Below the pieces are notes generated by a model. That model did no database searches. It was not told the DNA's origin and saw only the letters and a program-made list of their open reading frames with translations. From a virus, in IMG/VR virus record IMGVR_UViG_3300027754_000048: a stretch of DNA of 64,000 nt; one strand, given 5' to 3'. Below, piece by piece: positions 1-9,406 of this stretch; the first letter of the stretch is position 1; each line of letters starts with the position of its first letter. Position numbers and translations under genes: made by a program.

Positions 1-936
1 TTTAACAACGACCCCTTTTTCTTTCGCTGGAACTTTAGATAATGCCTCTATTCCTGCCCTACTGCCTCCTTTTGCCATTTGTTCAATTACCTCAGCTGTT
101 GATTTTGCACCAAACTTAAGTCCTTTAAAAACTTGACCGGCACCAAACGTTACACCGGAGATTAGAGAAATTGTTCCTAACAGCCACATGCCCTTTGGAG
201 CGTTAGGTTGATTTCCTCGATAGAAATAGATACAGCTATTGATAATATCGAAGAGCGGACCGATTGCTGGCACAAACGATGCTAAGTCTAGCAAAAGATG
301 CAAAATTCCAATCGGTGATCCACCTTCAGTAATTGCAGAGAGAAGATTTTTAATTTTAGTATAAACTCCACTCCAACTTGACCAATCGCCTTCTGCACTT
401 GCAGGTTTTTGTGTGCCTAACACGTTATCAAACGCTGAATCTAATTCTGAAGGGGCCGCTGGTGCACTTATTCCTGTAGCTGGTGCACTTATTCCTGTAG
501 CTGGTGCACTTACTGGTTTAGTAAGTAACTGGTTTACTTGATTAATTATATCGAGCCCACCAAGAGAAGCAGTCTGTTCATTTAAAAAATGAAGAGCTCT
601 CTGTTTTAACTGCTGCTTCAATAGATCAAGTGACTCATTGATCGTAGTAAGATCACTAGTATATCTTTTTGCTTTTTCTAAAATAGAGTTAGAACCTACT
701 GAAATTTGTCGGTAATATTCTTGAATTGCTTCTTGTCCACCGTCAATAATCATGTCAAAGTGAAGGTCGAATGCTAAATTTTCAGAAAGAACAGATTCTA
801 CTGAATTTAGGAGATTTGCTTCCCAAGTAAAGTTTTCAACAGTAAATACACTGGCAATAACTTGTTCCTTATCCTGAAAATATTTAGAAATTAATTCTGA
901 ATCAGATTTCTCTGAGTAATGCAAAATATGCTTCAT
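1..936 (-). CDS. Partial ORF (3' end outside window), probable virion/internal head protein with a pre-toxin-TG-like hydrophobic hairpin
   Basis: Not in the ORF track. Manual translation from ATG 936 is open to base 1 (312 codons): MKHILHYSEK...HLLLDLASFVPAIGPLFDIINSCIYFYRG...LLGTISLISGVTFGAG. Preceded by AGATAAATA at 955-963. Confidence 0.8.
   Translation of the reverse strand, partial: MKHILHYSEKSDSELISKYFQDKEQVIASVFTVENFTWEANLLNSVESVLSENLAFDLHFDMIIDGGQEAIQEYYRQISVGSNSILEKAKRYTSDLTTINESLDLLKQQLKQRALHFLNEQTASLGGLDIINQVNQLLTKPVSAPATGISAPATGISAPAAPSELDSAFDNVLGTQKPASAEGDWSSWSGVYTKIKNLLSAITEGGSPIGILHLLLDLASFVPAIGPLFDIINSCIYFYRGNQPNAPKGMWLLGTISLISGVTFGAGQVFKGLKFGAKSTAEVIEQMAKGGSRAGIEALSKVPAKEKGVVVK
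458..512. repeat. In-frame 21-bp tandem repeat (2.6 copies) encoding SAPATGI
   Basis: gctggtgcacttattcctgta twice exactly, plus partial gctggtgcactta. Confidence 0.9.
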
Positions 937-984
937 AGTAAGATACTTTATTGTTATTTATCTCAACTTGAGCACTACAAAAAT

Positions 985-1176
985 TTATCTAGACTGCAAT
1001 TTATCTACAGTATCATTATAAATATTTACCAACTTTCGAAAATTGTCAAAATCTTTGACAATTTGATAGTAGAGCTCCATATACTTTTGGGCATATTTGA
1101 GTTGAGTCTCAGAAGTGCAACTTTCAATGACTTTTACTGCTTTTTCGTAAGTTTTAACTTTTTCTATCTCGGTCAT
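985..1176 (-). CDS. Small hypothetical protein
   Basis: 63 aa ORF, ATGA overlap with the upstream glycosyltransferase gene. Confidence 0.7.
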   Translation of the reverse strand: MTEIEKVKTYEKAVKVIESCTSETQLKYAQKYMELYYQIVKDFDNFRKLVNIYNDTVDKLQSR

Positions 1177-2243
1177 ACTTTTACAAATTTAAAATATTCA
1201 TTGATAAAATGAAGGTACGCTATTTTTAAATCAGAAACATCACATTCGTCTAAATATTTTATGATTTCGGATAGATCATCGATTGTTTCAAAGGAAAATA
1301 CTTTACTTAAAAACTCAAATTTATAAGATACTGGTATCATTCCAAAGAGCATTGCTTCGTATATTCTAGCAGGAATAAATTTATGGGTAGTGTATTTGTC
1401 TTTGGTGACATTTAACATTACGAGAGAATTTGAAAGAGTATCAAATATCTCAGGTCGATTATTTCTAGCGACTACTCTTATTCCATCTTCACTTGAAACC
1501 ACTTCATTTTGTTTACAAATAAAAATAAATGAGTCTCCAGTTGAACTATGTTTCTTTGAATAGTACGAAGTCAGCCAAGCAGTAGCCGTTTGTAGAATCT
1601 CGTTTTTTTGATTACCTGACTTATATTTAGAAGTATCAAGGTTACCGTAAAAAACAGCATTCTTCTTTCGATCTTCCATTGTTACAAGATTTACCTCAAT
1701 ACATTCATTTAAAAATTTTGAAGATACTGCTGGAAAATCAATGGACGGAACAACCATACTTATTAAATTGTTATATTTCTCAACGAAATTTTTAGGTAAC
1801 GAAAGATCGGTGTCTAGAATAATAATCTGTTCTTTTCTATAGCCTGAATGAATTGCAAGCTCAATGATCTGCTCAAAAACTCTTGCATCTTTCCACTTTT
1901 TTGCAAGAGCTGATAAATTTCTAAATCTAGCCTTTAAGTAAAGTTTAGAATATGATTTATTTGCAATATTTGTAAAAACCTTATCTAAATCAATACATGA
2001 TGTGTAAATAAGATCGTCTCTATATTTTTTAAATATTTTTCCAAGATTAGTTTCTGGAAAATTTGCCTTTTCTAGATCTACCTTTTCAATTTCGCTAGTT
2101 GGATAATATGAAAAAAAGTCAAATTTGTTTTCTCTATATTCTTCTCGTATTGAATCTAAAAGACCTATCTGATATAACGAATGTCCAGGAGAATCTATTT
2201 CATGTAGGTCAAGTAGACCATAATATGCATATAAACTAATCAT
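1173..2243 (-). CDS. Putative GT-B glycosyltransferase (CgeB/T4 beta-glucosyltransferase-like)
   Basis: C-terminal NAVFYG...VMLNVTKDKY...FIPARIYEAMLFGMIPV resembles the Glyco_trans_1_2-type R-x-Y/F-E-A-x-x-x-G donor-binding motif. Confidence 0.6.
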   Translation of the reverse strand: MISLYAYYGLLDLHEIDSPGHSLYQIGLLDSIREEYRENKFDFFSYYPTSEIEKVDLEKANFPETNLGKIFKKYRDDLIYTSCIDLDKVFTNIANKSYSKLYLKARFRNLSALAKKWKDARVFEQIIELAIHSGYRKEQIIILDTDLSLPKNFVEKYNNLISMVVPSIDFPAVSSKFLNECIEVNLVTMEDRKKNAVFYGNLDTSKYKSGNQKNEILQTATAWLTSYYSKKHSSTGDSFIFICKQNEVVSSEDGIRVVARNNRPEIFDTLSNSLVMLNVTKDKYTTHKFIPARIYEAMLFGMIPVSYKFEFLSKVFSFETIDDLSEIIKYLDECDVSDLKIAYLHFINEYFKFVKV

Positions 2244-2258
2244 ATTATTTTGTACTTG

Positions 2259-2666
2259 TCAGTTTAGGTAGGGTTTTGCCCAAGCCAAATACGTGTTTAG
2301 CACACCGTCGGTCGGCATGACATTCAGGTTGCCCTTCTGGAATATCTCCCATGAATCTTGGCCATACTTGCCTATTCCATATAATTCATTAGGTTCAGTC
2401 CAGTCATAGCTCTCCCATTGCATCGAGAACAATATTAAAGTTTTTGCTCTTTTGTTTTTAAAACCTAGACTAGCCACGACCTCTACAATTTCTTCAGGAT
2501 TAGCCACGACCATTGCTTTTGCATCTGGCCATTTTCTAAAAAGTTCGTCTCTGACTTGATCGACCTGTTTTCGCGAAGTACAATTTAGCATTATGCAACA
2601 AACGAGCATCCTCCATGGATGCTCGCGGTATACTTCTTGTAGTAAATTATATGGACTCTCAGGCAT
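2259..2666 (-). CDS. MBD4-like HhH-GPD DNA glycosylase
   Basis: PWRMLVCCIMLNCTS...LGFKNKRAKTL...ELYGIGKYGQDSWEIF parallels human MBD4 (PWKLLIATIFLNRTS...ELHGIGKYGNDSYRIF); catalytic Asp retained. Confidence 0.85.
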   Translation of the reverse strand: MPESPYNLLQEVYREHPWRMLVCCIMLNCTSRKQVDQVRDELFRKWPDAKAMVVANPEEIVEVVASLGFKNKRAKTLILFSMQWESYDWTEPNELYGIGKYGQDSWEIFQKGNLNVMPTDGVLNTYLAWAKPYLN

Positions 2667-3462
2667 TCGTCTTTAAAGCTACGAAATGCGTTATAAAGTT
2701 TTTACCATATTCAACAGATTGGATTTTACGAATACAATCAAAGTTTTTCTCAAGAATACTCATGATCTCTTGAAACTTTTCAACGCGATTCTTCTTAAGA
2801 GGCTTATACATGAAATGGTATTCAACAATTGCGATACGGATTTTCGACCAGTCCTGAATAGACTTGATTAACTCATATTCAGCACCTTCAACGTCCATCT
2901 TAAATGCTGTGACTCCATGCTCTTTAATTGCTTCATCAATATTGATAGCAGGAACTGAGATCACATCACGACCTTTAATTTCAAGGATTGAATGTTTACC
3001 AGAATCGGTTGAAATAAAGAAATTGACCATTTCCTCTTTGCCTGGAACTATTGCTTTCTGAACTACTTCGCAACGATCTTCTACTTCATTTAATTTAATA
3101 TTTTCTAAAGCAAATGATACGTTATGTGGAAGTGCTTCATATGAAACGACTTTCTTAATATTTGGAAATTGCTTTGCCATTCGGATTGCAAAAAATCCCA
3201 TGTGACCGCCAATGTCTAACCAAGTATCGGCCTGATTTAAAACTTCAGTAATATTTAGGACCGGTCCATATATGTCAGAAGTAAAAGGTTTAATATATTC
3301 TCCGCTAGTTGCGCTCTTTGTAATATTAGTGCCAACGTTATATTTTACTTCGTTTAGACCCTTGCGTACATAAAACTTAAAATCTGCATACTTTGTTTTC
3401 CAATCAATAAGTTCAAGTTGGTCAAATTTCTTAGCAGTTTTGAAGTCGATTCTTGTATCCAT
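2659..3462 (-). CDS. FkbM-family SAM-dependent methyltransferase
   Basis: WLDIGGHMGFFA, SYEALPHN and KMDVEGAEY motifs. Likely start is ATG 3462 (MDTRIDF), not the track's 3558, which overlaps a terminator. Confidence 0.85.
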   Translation of the reverse strand: MDTRIDFKTAKKFDQLELIDWKTKYADFKFYVRKGLNEVKYNVGTNITKSATSGEYIKPFTSDIYGPVLNITEVLNQADTWLDIGGHMGFFAIRMAKQFPNIKKVVSYEALPHNVSFALENIKLNEVEDRCEVVQKAIVPGKEEMVNFFISTDSGKHSILEIKGRDVISVPAINIDEAIKEHGVTAFKMDVEGAEYELIKSIQDWSKIRIAIVEYHFMYKPLKKNRVEKFQEIMSILEKNFDCIRKIQSVEYGKNFITHFVALKTNA

Positions 3463-3545
3463 TATAAAGTTTTTATTTCTTGTACTGCTTGATACAAGAT
3501 TAGTTTTCTTGAATATAATACTATATTTCTGGACCCTATAAAAGC

Positions 3546-3571
3546 AAAAAAGGAGCAAAATGCTCCTTTTT
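3546..3571. terminator. Rho-independent (bidirectional) terminator
   Basis: AAAAAGGAGCA-AAA-TGCTCCTTTTT perfect hairpin with A/T tracts on both sides. Confidence 0.8.
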
Positions 3572-3572
3572 A

Positions 3573-3836
3573 TTAAAGTGATGATTTCTTTTCCTTTGGT
3601 AGTGCTTTTCGTTGAACGTCTTTTTTCTTTGGCTTTCTGGATTTTATTTCTACTGGAGAAAGTTGAGATTCTTTACATCTTTCGTTTTTTGAATCTAACA
3701 TTACTAGATAATCTCCGGTTGCTCCATTGATTGCTGTAACTTTTCCTATTTTACCTTTTAGTGTGACAGATTGTCCTATTCGATATTTATGAGACTTTAT
3801 TCTAACGTCCAGCGATTCGTTTACGCTAGCTCCTTT
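3573..3836 (-). CDS. -1 frame extension of the 3821..5419 ORF (SH3/KOW-like domain + basic tail)
   Basis: Open frame 3869->3573 has no ATG/GTG/TTG before the domain: KGASVNESLDVRIKSHKYRIGQSVTLKGKIGKVTAINGATGDYLVMLDSKNERCKESQLSPVEIKSRKPKKKDVQRKALPKEKKSSL*. Reached via A AAA AAG at 3839-3833. Confidence 0.65.
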   Translation of the reverse strand, partial: KGASVNESLDVRIKSHKYRIGQSVTLKGKIGKVTAINGATGDYLVMLDSKNERCKESQLSPVEIKSRKPKKKDVQRKALPKEKKSSL

Positions 3837-5419
3837 TTTTTTAAAAGATCGATTCGAATATATGTTTCTTTAAGTTCCTTAATCGTAGATTCAATAGATT
3901 CTTTGATTGAGCTAAGTCTTCCGCTTTCAGCATCCGTTAAGTTTGGATTTTCAATTGCAGTATCAAGCTTTTGAATAGATTCTTCTAATTTTTGAATATC
4001 ACTGTTAATCTTAGATTTTGCAGCTTCTGCTTTATTTAAAGCATCGACTGATTCTTCGATTTTAGTTTTAAAAATTGGACTAATGTCATAATCGAATTTT
4101 GATTTGAAGAATTCATATAATTCAAATTCGTCAACTTTAGTCCATACACGATCTGCAGAATTTACTTTTTCGCAGATATAAAAATCTTTATTTAGATTTA
4201 AGATTGATGCTTCAGCAATACGACGATCATTTGAAACTTCTTTAATAAACTCAAAGTTATAAATAGTTTCAATGTTTTCAAGAATAGTAGTAAGTCTTGT
4301 TTTATTTAAGTTGCTATCAAGAGCTAATGCTTCAGAAACGTTAATACTCTTAGGCTCGCCAATCTTTTCACCATTAATAAAGACATCAAGACTTTTGTTT
4401 TCATTCATTCTTAAACCTACTCTAAGATTTTTGATGTTATGTGTTTCAACACCTAGACCGTCTTGAGTTTTTGAAAAACCTAGACTATGATACGCTTCAC
4501 ATAAATTATAAAAATCAGAATGATTTTCACTAACGTATTCTGGAGACAAATCAGAGATCTTAAAGTTTCCATCATAGTGCACTTTAACTTCTGTTCCAAT
4601 TAATCCTTTTGCTTCACGAATAGAAAGGAAACGATTATCTGTGTAAATAATCATTCCGTCCGCTGTTCTAGTTGAAGGAGCAATTAGGTTATTAATTACA
4701 GTATCGCTATTTCCTTCACCTACTGTGAAACTTCCGTTCTTTTGAGATTCAAAAATTCTAAGGTCGTTGATCAAATGCGTGATAGGAGCAACAGTATTGT
4801 TATATTTGATCTTTAGGATATCTGCAGTATATGTTTCTTTTACTAACATATTTTTTAGATCTGAAACTACACCAGCATAAGAAGGAACTCTCATATTATC
4901 AATCTGATAGATTGTACGTAGCATTAAAAGTTTGTCCCAATTCTCAGTGATATATTTCTTCACATTATCCACTGCAGTTTTTGCAGTAACATCATATGAA
5001 TATTGTTCAAAAACATCCACAAATTTTCCACAAAGTGCAGCAGCAATGATTCCGCTATTTAATTCACTTTCAAAAAGATCGATTGCTGCTTGTGCAACCG
5101 GTTCAGAATAAAGTTGAGATTCTTTAAGTAAGCTGATCTTATCAAGAAGGTTTGATTCTTTTGCAATCTTTAAAAGTCTAGAATCTACAGTATCTTCATT
5201 TTTTGAAAACTGCTTCAATATTACTTTAATCGTAGGATTATTAAGATTCTCATTGATCGAAGTAAGACTGTTTTTAAGATCTGTATAAATAGCTTCGGTA
5301 CTTTCTCCCAAAGCAATCGATTTATTGGCTGACCCAACGAGCATTTTTACCAAGGGCTCAGAGTTAATAGAAGGATTACTATTTAGCTCTGTTAATATTC
5401 TTTGCAAGAATTGATTCAT
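3821..5419 (-). CDS. Probable head/prohead-core structural protein with C-terminal coiled coil
   Basis: 532 aa. Many I/L-x-E-S motifs (SINE, LKES, LFES, IFES) typical of T4-like protease-processed head proteins; late motif AGATAAATA at 5442-5450. Confidence 0.55.
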   Translation of the reverse strand: MNQFLQRILTELNSNPSINSEPLVKMLVGSANKSIALGESTEAIYTDLKNSLTSINENLNNPTIKVILKQFSKNEDTVDSRLLKIAKESNLLDKISLLKESQLYSEPVAQAAIDLFESELNSGIIAAALCGKFVDVFEQYSYDVTAKTAVDNVKKYITENWDKLLMLRTIYQIDNMRVPSYAGVVSDLKNMLVKETYTADILKIKYNNTVAPITHLINDLRIFESQKNGSFTVGEGNSDTVINNLIAPSTRTADGMIIYTDNRFLSIREAKGLIGTEVKVHYDGNFKISDLSPEYVSENHSDFYNLCEAYHSLGFSKTQDGLGVETHNIKNLRVGLRMNENKSLDVFINGEKIGEPKSINVSEALALDSNLNKTRLTTILENIETIYNFEFIKEVSNDRRIAEASILNLNKDFYICEKVNSADRVWTKVDEFELYEFFKSKFDYDISPIFKTKIEESVDALNKAEAAKSKINSDIQKLEESIQKLDTAIENPNLTDAESGRLSSIKESIESTIKELKETYIRIDLLKKKELA

Positions 5420-5474
5420 TTCGCAACGATTTATTTTATTTTATTTATCTGCATTGGGTGCAAATAATGTCATT

Positions 5475-7448
5475 TTAAGTAGCCGTGTTAGAGTTAGGCT
5501 GAATTGACTTAGCTGTAGTTACTCCAAACTTATTTACAACTGGGGCAACTCCAACCTTTTTTACTGGACTTGCTTCCTTAATGTCAATTGTTGATTGTTT
5601 TACGTCTTTCGAGTCAATCGAAGATTGAATGTTGTTCAAAGATGATTGAACTTGAGCAGATTGATTTGCTTCTTCTTTTGCAGTTGCAACAGCAGAGTCA
5701 ACTTCAGACTGTTCGGTAGGTTTTCTCCATTCTCCTGTATAAATCAAGGTCTCCTTACCGTCCTGTGCAGCAGCTACTAAATATACAGTTCGAATAGTAG
5801 ACTGTAGAATAGACTCACTATCTTTCTTTGAAACATTAAAAGTAATTACACCAGTAGATAAATTCTCAAGATTTGAATCGTTTACGTTGTTTATAGATAC
5901 CTTTCCGCTACTTGTTTCAAAAACAAGTCTATACTTGGTAGAGTTAACGTTTAAATCTAATGAAATCAACGTATTTTTTGAACTTAAGGTATTAGTTGTA
6001 AATACTTTAAGTTTAATCACATTATCGAATGGTGAAAGTATAAATCTCAATTTTCCAGGTCCAAACACTACTTCTTCTGATTCGTCTTTATTCTTAATTA
6101 ACGAATTAGTATGAGAAATTGAAACATTACTATTATTAAAAAATACCGGTACATACTCGATTTTAGTAACAGTTTTTACGGAGGTTACAGTAGTTGCTTG
6201 CTCACTATTTAACGTAGGTTCAATAAAGAGTTTAGATGCCTCAAAATTCTTTTTAATTATTTTATTGTAAACCTTCTGTGACTGTGGCTTATCCATCAAA
6301 GGAATCGTGATCAGCTTTTTACCATATTTCTTTGGAGATAGTAGAGTGAATGAAGCTTCTCGAATTATCTGTTCTCCATTTCTACGATTTGTTAAACGTG
6401 CTAAATAATCGATTGACATACTAACTGCATCGTTTGCCTTTCTTAACACAGGCCGAAAGAAATTAGGTTCATCGTATTTGTCTTCCTGAAAGAATACAAA
6501 TCGTGAAGTATTAAAAAAGGCCGACCCTACTTGCTCAAAAACACTGATTTGATGAATGATGATCCAGTCGTCTGCCGGATTTCGACTATTCAGCATAGCA
6601 ATAAAATCTGAAGGGAATCCACTAGTATAAGTAAGATAAAACTCGATAAAATCTCCATCTGGAGCTTCATATATAGCAGCACCGACATCATCAAATTCAT
6701 TAGACTGTGATAACGTTGCTTCAAAATATTCAGTTACCTCAAATGATTCGTATGTCTGACCAATTGTAGTATAAATTGTCTTTCTGCTTCCGCATTCTGC
6801 AAGTCCAATTGCAATAGGATTATTATAAATAAACCCACTATATCCAATATCAGTTGGAGTAATTGCAGCGGCAAAAGTAGATGACTGTACAGGAGCAGTT
6901 TTATAATCTTCGTTTATATTCTTAATGGATGGAACCATTAAATCAATATATCGATCATATAGTGCATTACCCAAAAACAAAGGTTTTGGATTAAATGATA
7001 TTAATTGAGCGATTGTTTCTGGCGCAAGTAAGATATTTGCAAAAAGATTGCTTTTGCCATCATTTTCAGTATTCTTAACGCTAAGTATCAAAGCTTTAAA
7101 ATTATCAAAATCAAAGCCAGCAACAAAGTGAAATCTGGCTTGGTCCATCACGACATTATATCCAGTTAGAGTAGTTTCACTGATTTGATCGTCGTATGTA
7201 ATATAATTTGGATACTTTTCACTGTCAATATAGACAAATGAGTTATGTCCAATTGGTACTGCAGTTAAGTCTCGGATATTTTTTGTAGTACCGTATGAAT
7301 TATCGTCATTAACTATCTGATGAATGCCCAAATGAGCATTATCAAAAAGAATAAAGTCATCCGTGTAATATGTGGTTGAACCTAATGCGTCAAACATGTA
7401 TTCAACGACGCAATATTGTGTTAGGCTTATAAATCTACTTTTTCTCAT
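5475..7448 (-). CDS. Hypothetical virion structural protein
   Basis: 657 aa ORF, beta-rich, within the late cluster. Confidence 0.6.
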   Translation of the reverse strand: MRKSRFISLTQYCVVEYMFDALGSTTYYTDDFILFDNAHLGIHQIVNDDNSYGTTKNIRDLTAVPIGHNSFVYIDSEKYPNYITYDDQISETTLTGYNVVMDQARFHFVAGFDFDNFKALILSVKNTENDGKSNLFANILLAPETIAQLISFNPKPLFLGNALYDRYIDLMVPSIKNINEDYKTAPVQSSTFAAAITPTDIGYSGFIYNNPIAIGLAECGSRKTIYTTIGQTYESFEVTEYFEATLSQSNEFDDVGAAIYEAPDGDFIEFYLTYTSGFPSDFIAMLNSRNPADDWIIIHQISVFEQVGSAFFNTSRFVFFQEDKYDEPNFFRPVLRKANDAVSMSIDYLARLTNRRNGEQIIREASFTLLSPKKYGKKLITIPLMDKPQSQKVYNKIIKKNFEASKLFIEPTLNSEQATTVTSVKTVTKIEYVPVFFNNSNVSISHTNSLIKNKDESEEVVFGPGKLRFILSPFDNVIKLKVFTTNTLSSKNTLISLDLNVNSTKYRLVFETSSGKVSINNVNDSNLENLSTGVITFNVSKKDSESILQSTIRTVYLVAAAQDGKETLIYTGEWRKPTEQSEVDSAVATAKEEANQSAQVQSSLNNIQSSIDSKDVKQSTIDIKEASPVKKVGVAPVVNKFGVTTAKSIQPNSNTAT

Positions 7449-7690
7449 GCAGGTTCATTGATTTTGATTGCAGCAATTAGATCTTCTGGAGTCAATTTTC
7501 TGCCGATCTCTTCTTCTATCTTATTTATTAGATCCTCTTCTGCATTTCGAATATCTAAAAGATTCTGGTGTAGAGTATTTTGTTCTGCTACTAATTGAGA
7601 AACTGTATCATTTAGTGCCTCAAGTTTTTTACGAATTTTGTCGTATTCCAGGTGAAGTTCGTAAATTTTTCTGATGTGTGTGTCTTGCAT
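7445..7690 (-). CDS. Small coiled-coil protein
   Basis: 81 aa heptad-rich; ATGA overlap with the next gene. Confidence 0.7.
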   Translation of the reverse strand: MQDTHIRKIYELHLEYDKIRKKLEALNDTVSQLVAEQNTLHQNLLDIRNAEEDLINKIEEEIGRKLTPEDLIAAIKINEPA

Positions 7691-9384
7691 TATTCAACTA
7701 TTTTAACTTCTAATGGTGAAGAGAGTAAATATTCTAATCTTGATAATCTGTACTCTAATGAGCTAATGTCTATTCCAACATTGGATGCAGCAGTCGGTGC
7801 AGGTTGCGCTGTTCCTGGTGAACTTGAAGGTGTTTCATTTTGAACCATCGTACTTGGTTCTTTGACCTCCGTTAAAGAAACTGGCCCGGTCATACTCATT
7901 GCAGGTGCCGACCCGCTTTCAGAAGTTGCGGCAGGCGGAGTGTTTGACGTAATTTTCTCAGAAAAAGACGGAGATGACTTTGTTACTTCTACAGATGGAC
8001 TCTTTTCTTCACCTAATGATGTAGTCTGCCCTGTAGTTTGTATAGTCGTTTCAGAAGAAGCTGTGTCATATCCTTTAGGTTTTTCTTCTTCAATTCCAAG
8101 AAAAGATTTAATATATCGCTCTTCAGCCTCAATATCTGCTTTTGTTTTGCTAGTTTTGGAATTGTTAACTTCTTCATTTAACGTAGAACTAGTTGAATTT
8201 GTTTGACTGTCCGATTTCTTTAAATTTTCAGAGCTTTCATTTATAGTAGTATTAGTAGATGTAGTAGATTCAATTGACTTTTCATTCTCTACGTTCGATA
8301 CTAGACTTTTTTCTATTTCTGCAAGTTCTTTAGCTGAAAACATTCCTCCAAAGATTTGATTTAACGAATTTGTAACTTGACTGTTAGTAGAACCGGTTGA
8401 AGTTGTAGAATTGGTTGAACTCGTTTGATTTGATCCATTAATTGGAGAGCTTACTGGTGCTGCAGGCTGAACGCTCGGCTGTTCTACAATAGTTGTTTTT
8501 TCAGACGAAACTGTAGTATTTTCAGATAACGTTGACTGAGATTGAATTGAAGAAACAGGTGCAGGTGGTGTAATTACTGCTTCTTCCTTGGTCTCAAGGT
8601 TAATATTTATTGGAGCTTGAGGAGTAGCTTCTTCTGTTGGAACTTCTGCTTTTTCTCCAATTACTGCACTCTCAGTTTTCTTAACCTCTTCTGGTTTACT
8701 CTTTGCCGGTTGCTCAGGATTTATTGCAGAAGCCGATTCCGCTGCTATTGGAGCTGGCTGTGCTTCATTGATTTGAGCAGATGGAGTTTCGGTAGGTGTA
8801 TCAGCAGTAGGAACTTCATTTATTCCAGGAGAAGATTTTTCTTCTGGAGTAACTAACGCACTATAAAGTAAAGATTGGTCGCCATACTCAGCGCTCATTC
8901 CAGTCTCACTAAGTACGTCCTCAAAGTCTTCTGCTTTGATCTCAGAAACCTTTAAATTACTTAATGAAAGCTGTTTATAAAATTGAGACTTAAATGAATC
9001 TAACCATTTTTCAGCGCCAACCGTCTTTGTTTGATTTGCCCTATTTAAGTTAGTGATTTCGTTCCAATTCTTTTTTAGAATAGTATAATTCTTTTTAGAA
9101 TCATCAGACGCATCTTTTCCAGAAAGAGCAAGAAGTATCGCGACTCCTTCGTCACCATATGGAATATTTTGAACTCCTCCAAACTCATTTGGATAGACCC
9201 ATGCAAAAAGCTCGCCAGCTGTCTTGAAAGAATTTGTACCAATCGTTAGATCAAGAGGATCCGGTAGTTTAATCGCAACTTCTCTTGCAGAACGATAGTC
9301 GTCAGCTTTTTTAGTATATTTTGCAATTGATTCATCGAGGTCCTTATTAAAACTAGCGATGAAGGCTTTAAAATTCTCTGCCAA
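7690..9384 (-). CDS. Low-complexity S/T/P/E-rich protein following the baseplate hub genes (possible hub/tape-measure-related)
   Basis: 564 aa, TTG start; about 400 aa look disordered; late motif at 9404-9411. Confidence 0.5.
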   Translation of the reverse strand: MAENFKAFIASFNKDLDESIAKYTKKADDYRSAREVAIKLPDPLDLTIGTNSFKTAGELFAWVYPNEFGGVQNIPYGDEGVAILLALSGKDASDDSKKNYTILKKNWNEITNLNRANQTKTVGAEKWLDSFKSQFYKQLSLSNLKVSEIKAEDFEDVLSETGMSAEYGDQSLLYSALVTPEEKSSPGINEVPTADTPTETPSAQINEAQPAPIAAESASAINPEQPAKSKPEEVKKTESAVIGEKAEVPTEEATPQAPININLETKEEAVITPPAPVSSIQSQSTLSENTTVSSEKTTIVEQPSVQPAAPVSSPINGSNQTSSTNSTTSTGSTNSQVTNSLNQIFGGMFSAKELAEIEKSLVSNVENEKSIESTTSTNTTINESSENLKKSDSQTNSTSSTLNEEVNNSKTSKTKADIEAEERYIKSFLGIEEEKPKGYDTASSETTIQTTGQTTSLGEEKSPSVEVTKSSPSFSEKITSNTPPAATSESGSAPAMSMTGPVSLTEVKEPSTMVQNETPSSSPGTAQPAPTAASNVGIDISSLEYRLSRLEYLLSSPLEVKIVE

Positions 9385-9406
9385 AAGAAAGAGGATTTTT
9401 TATTAT

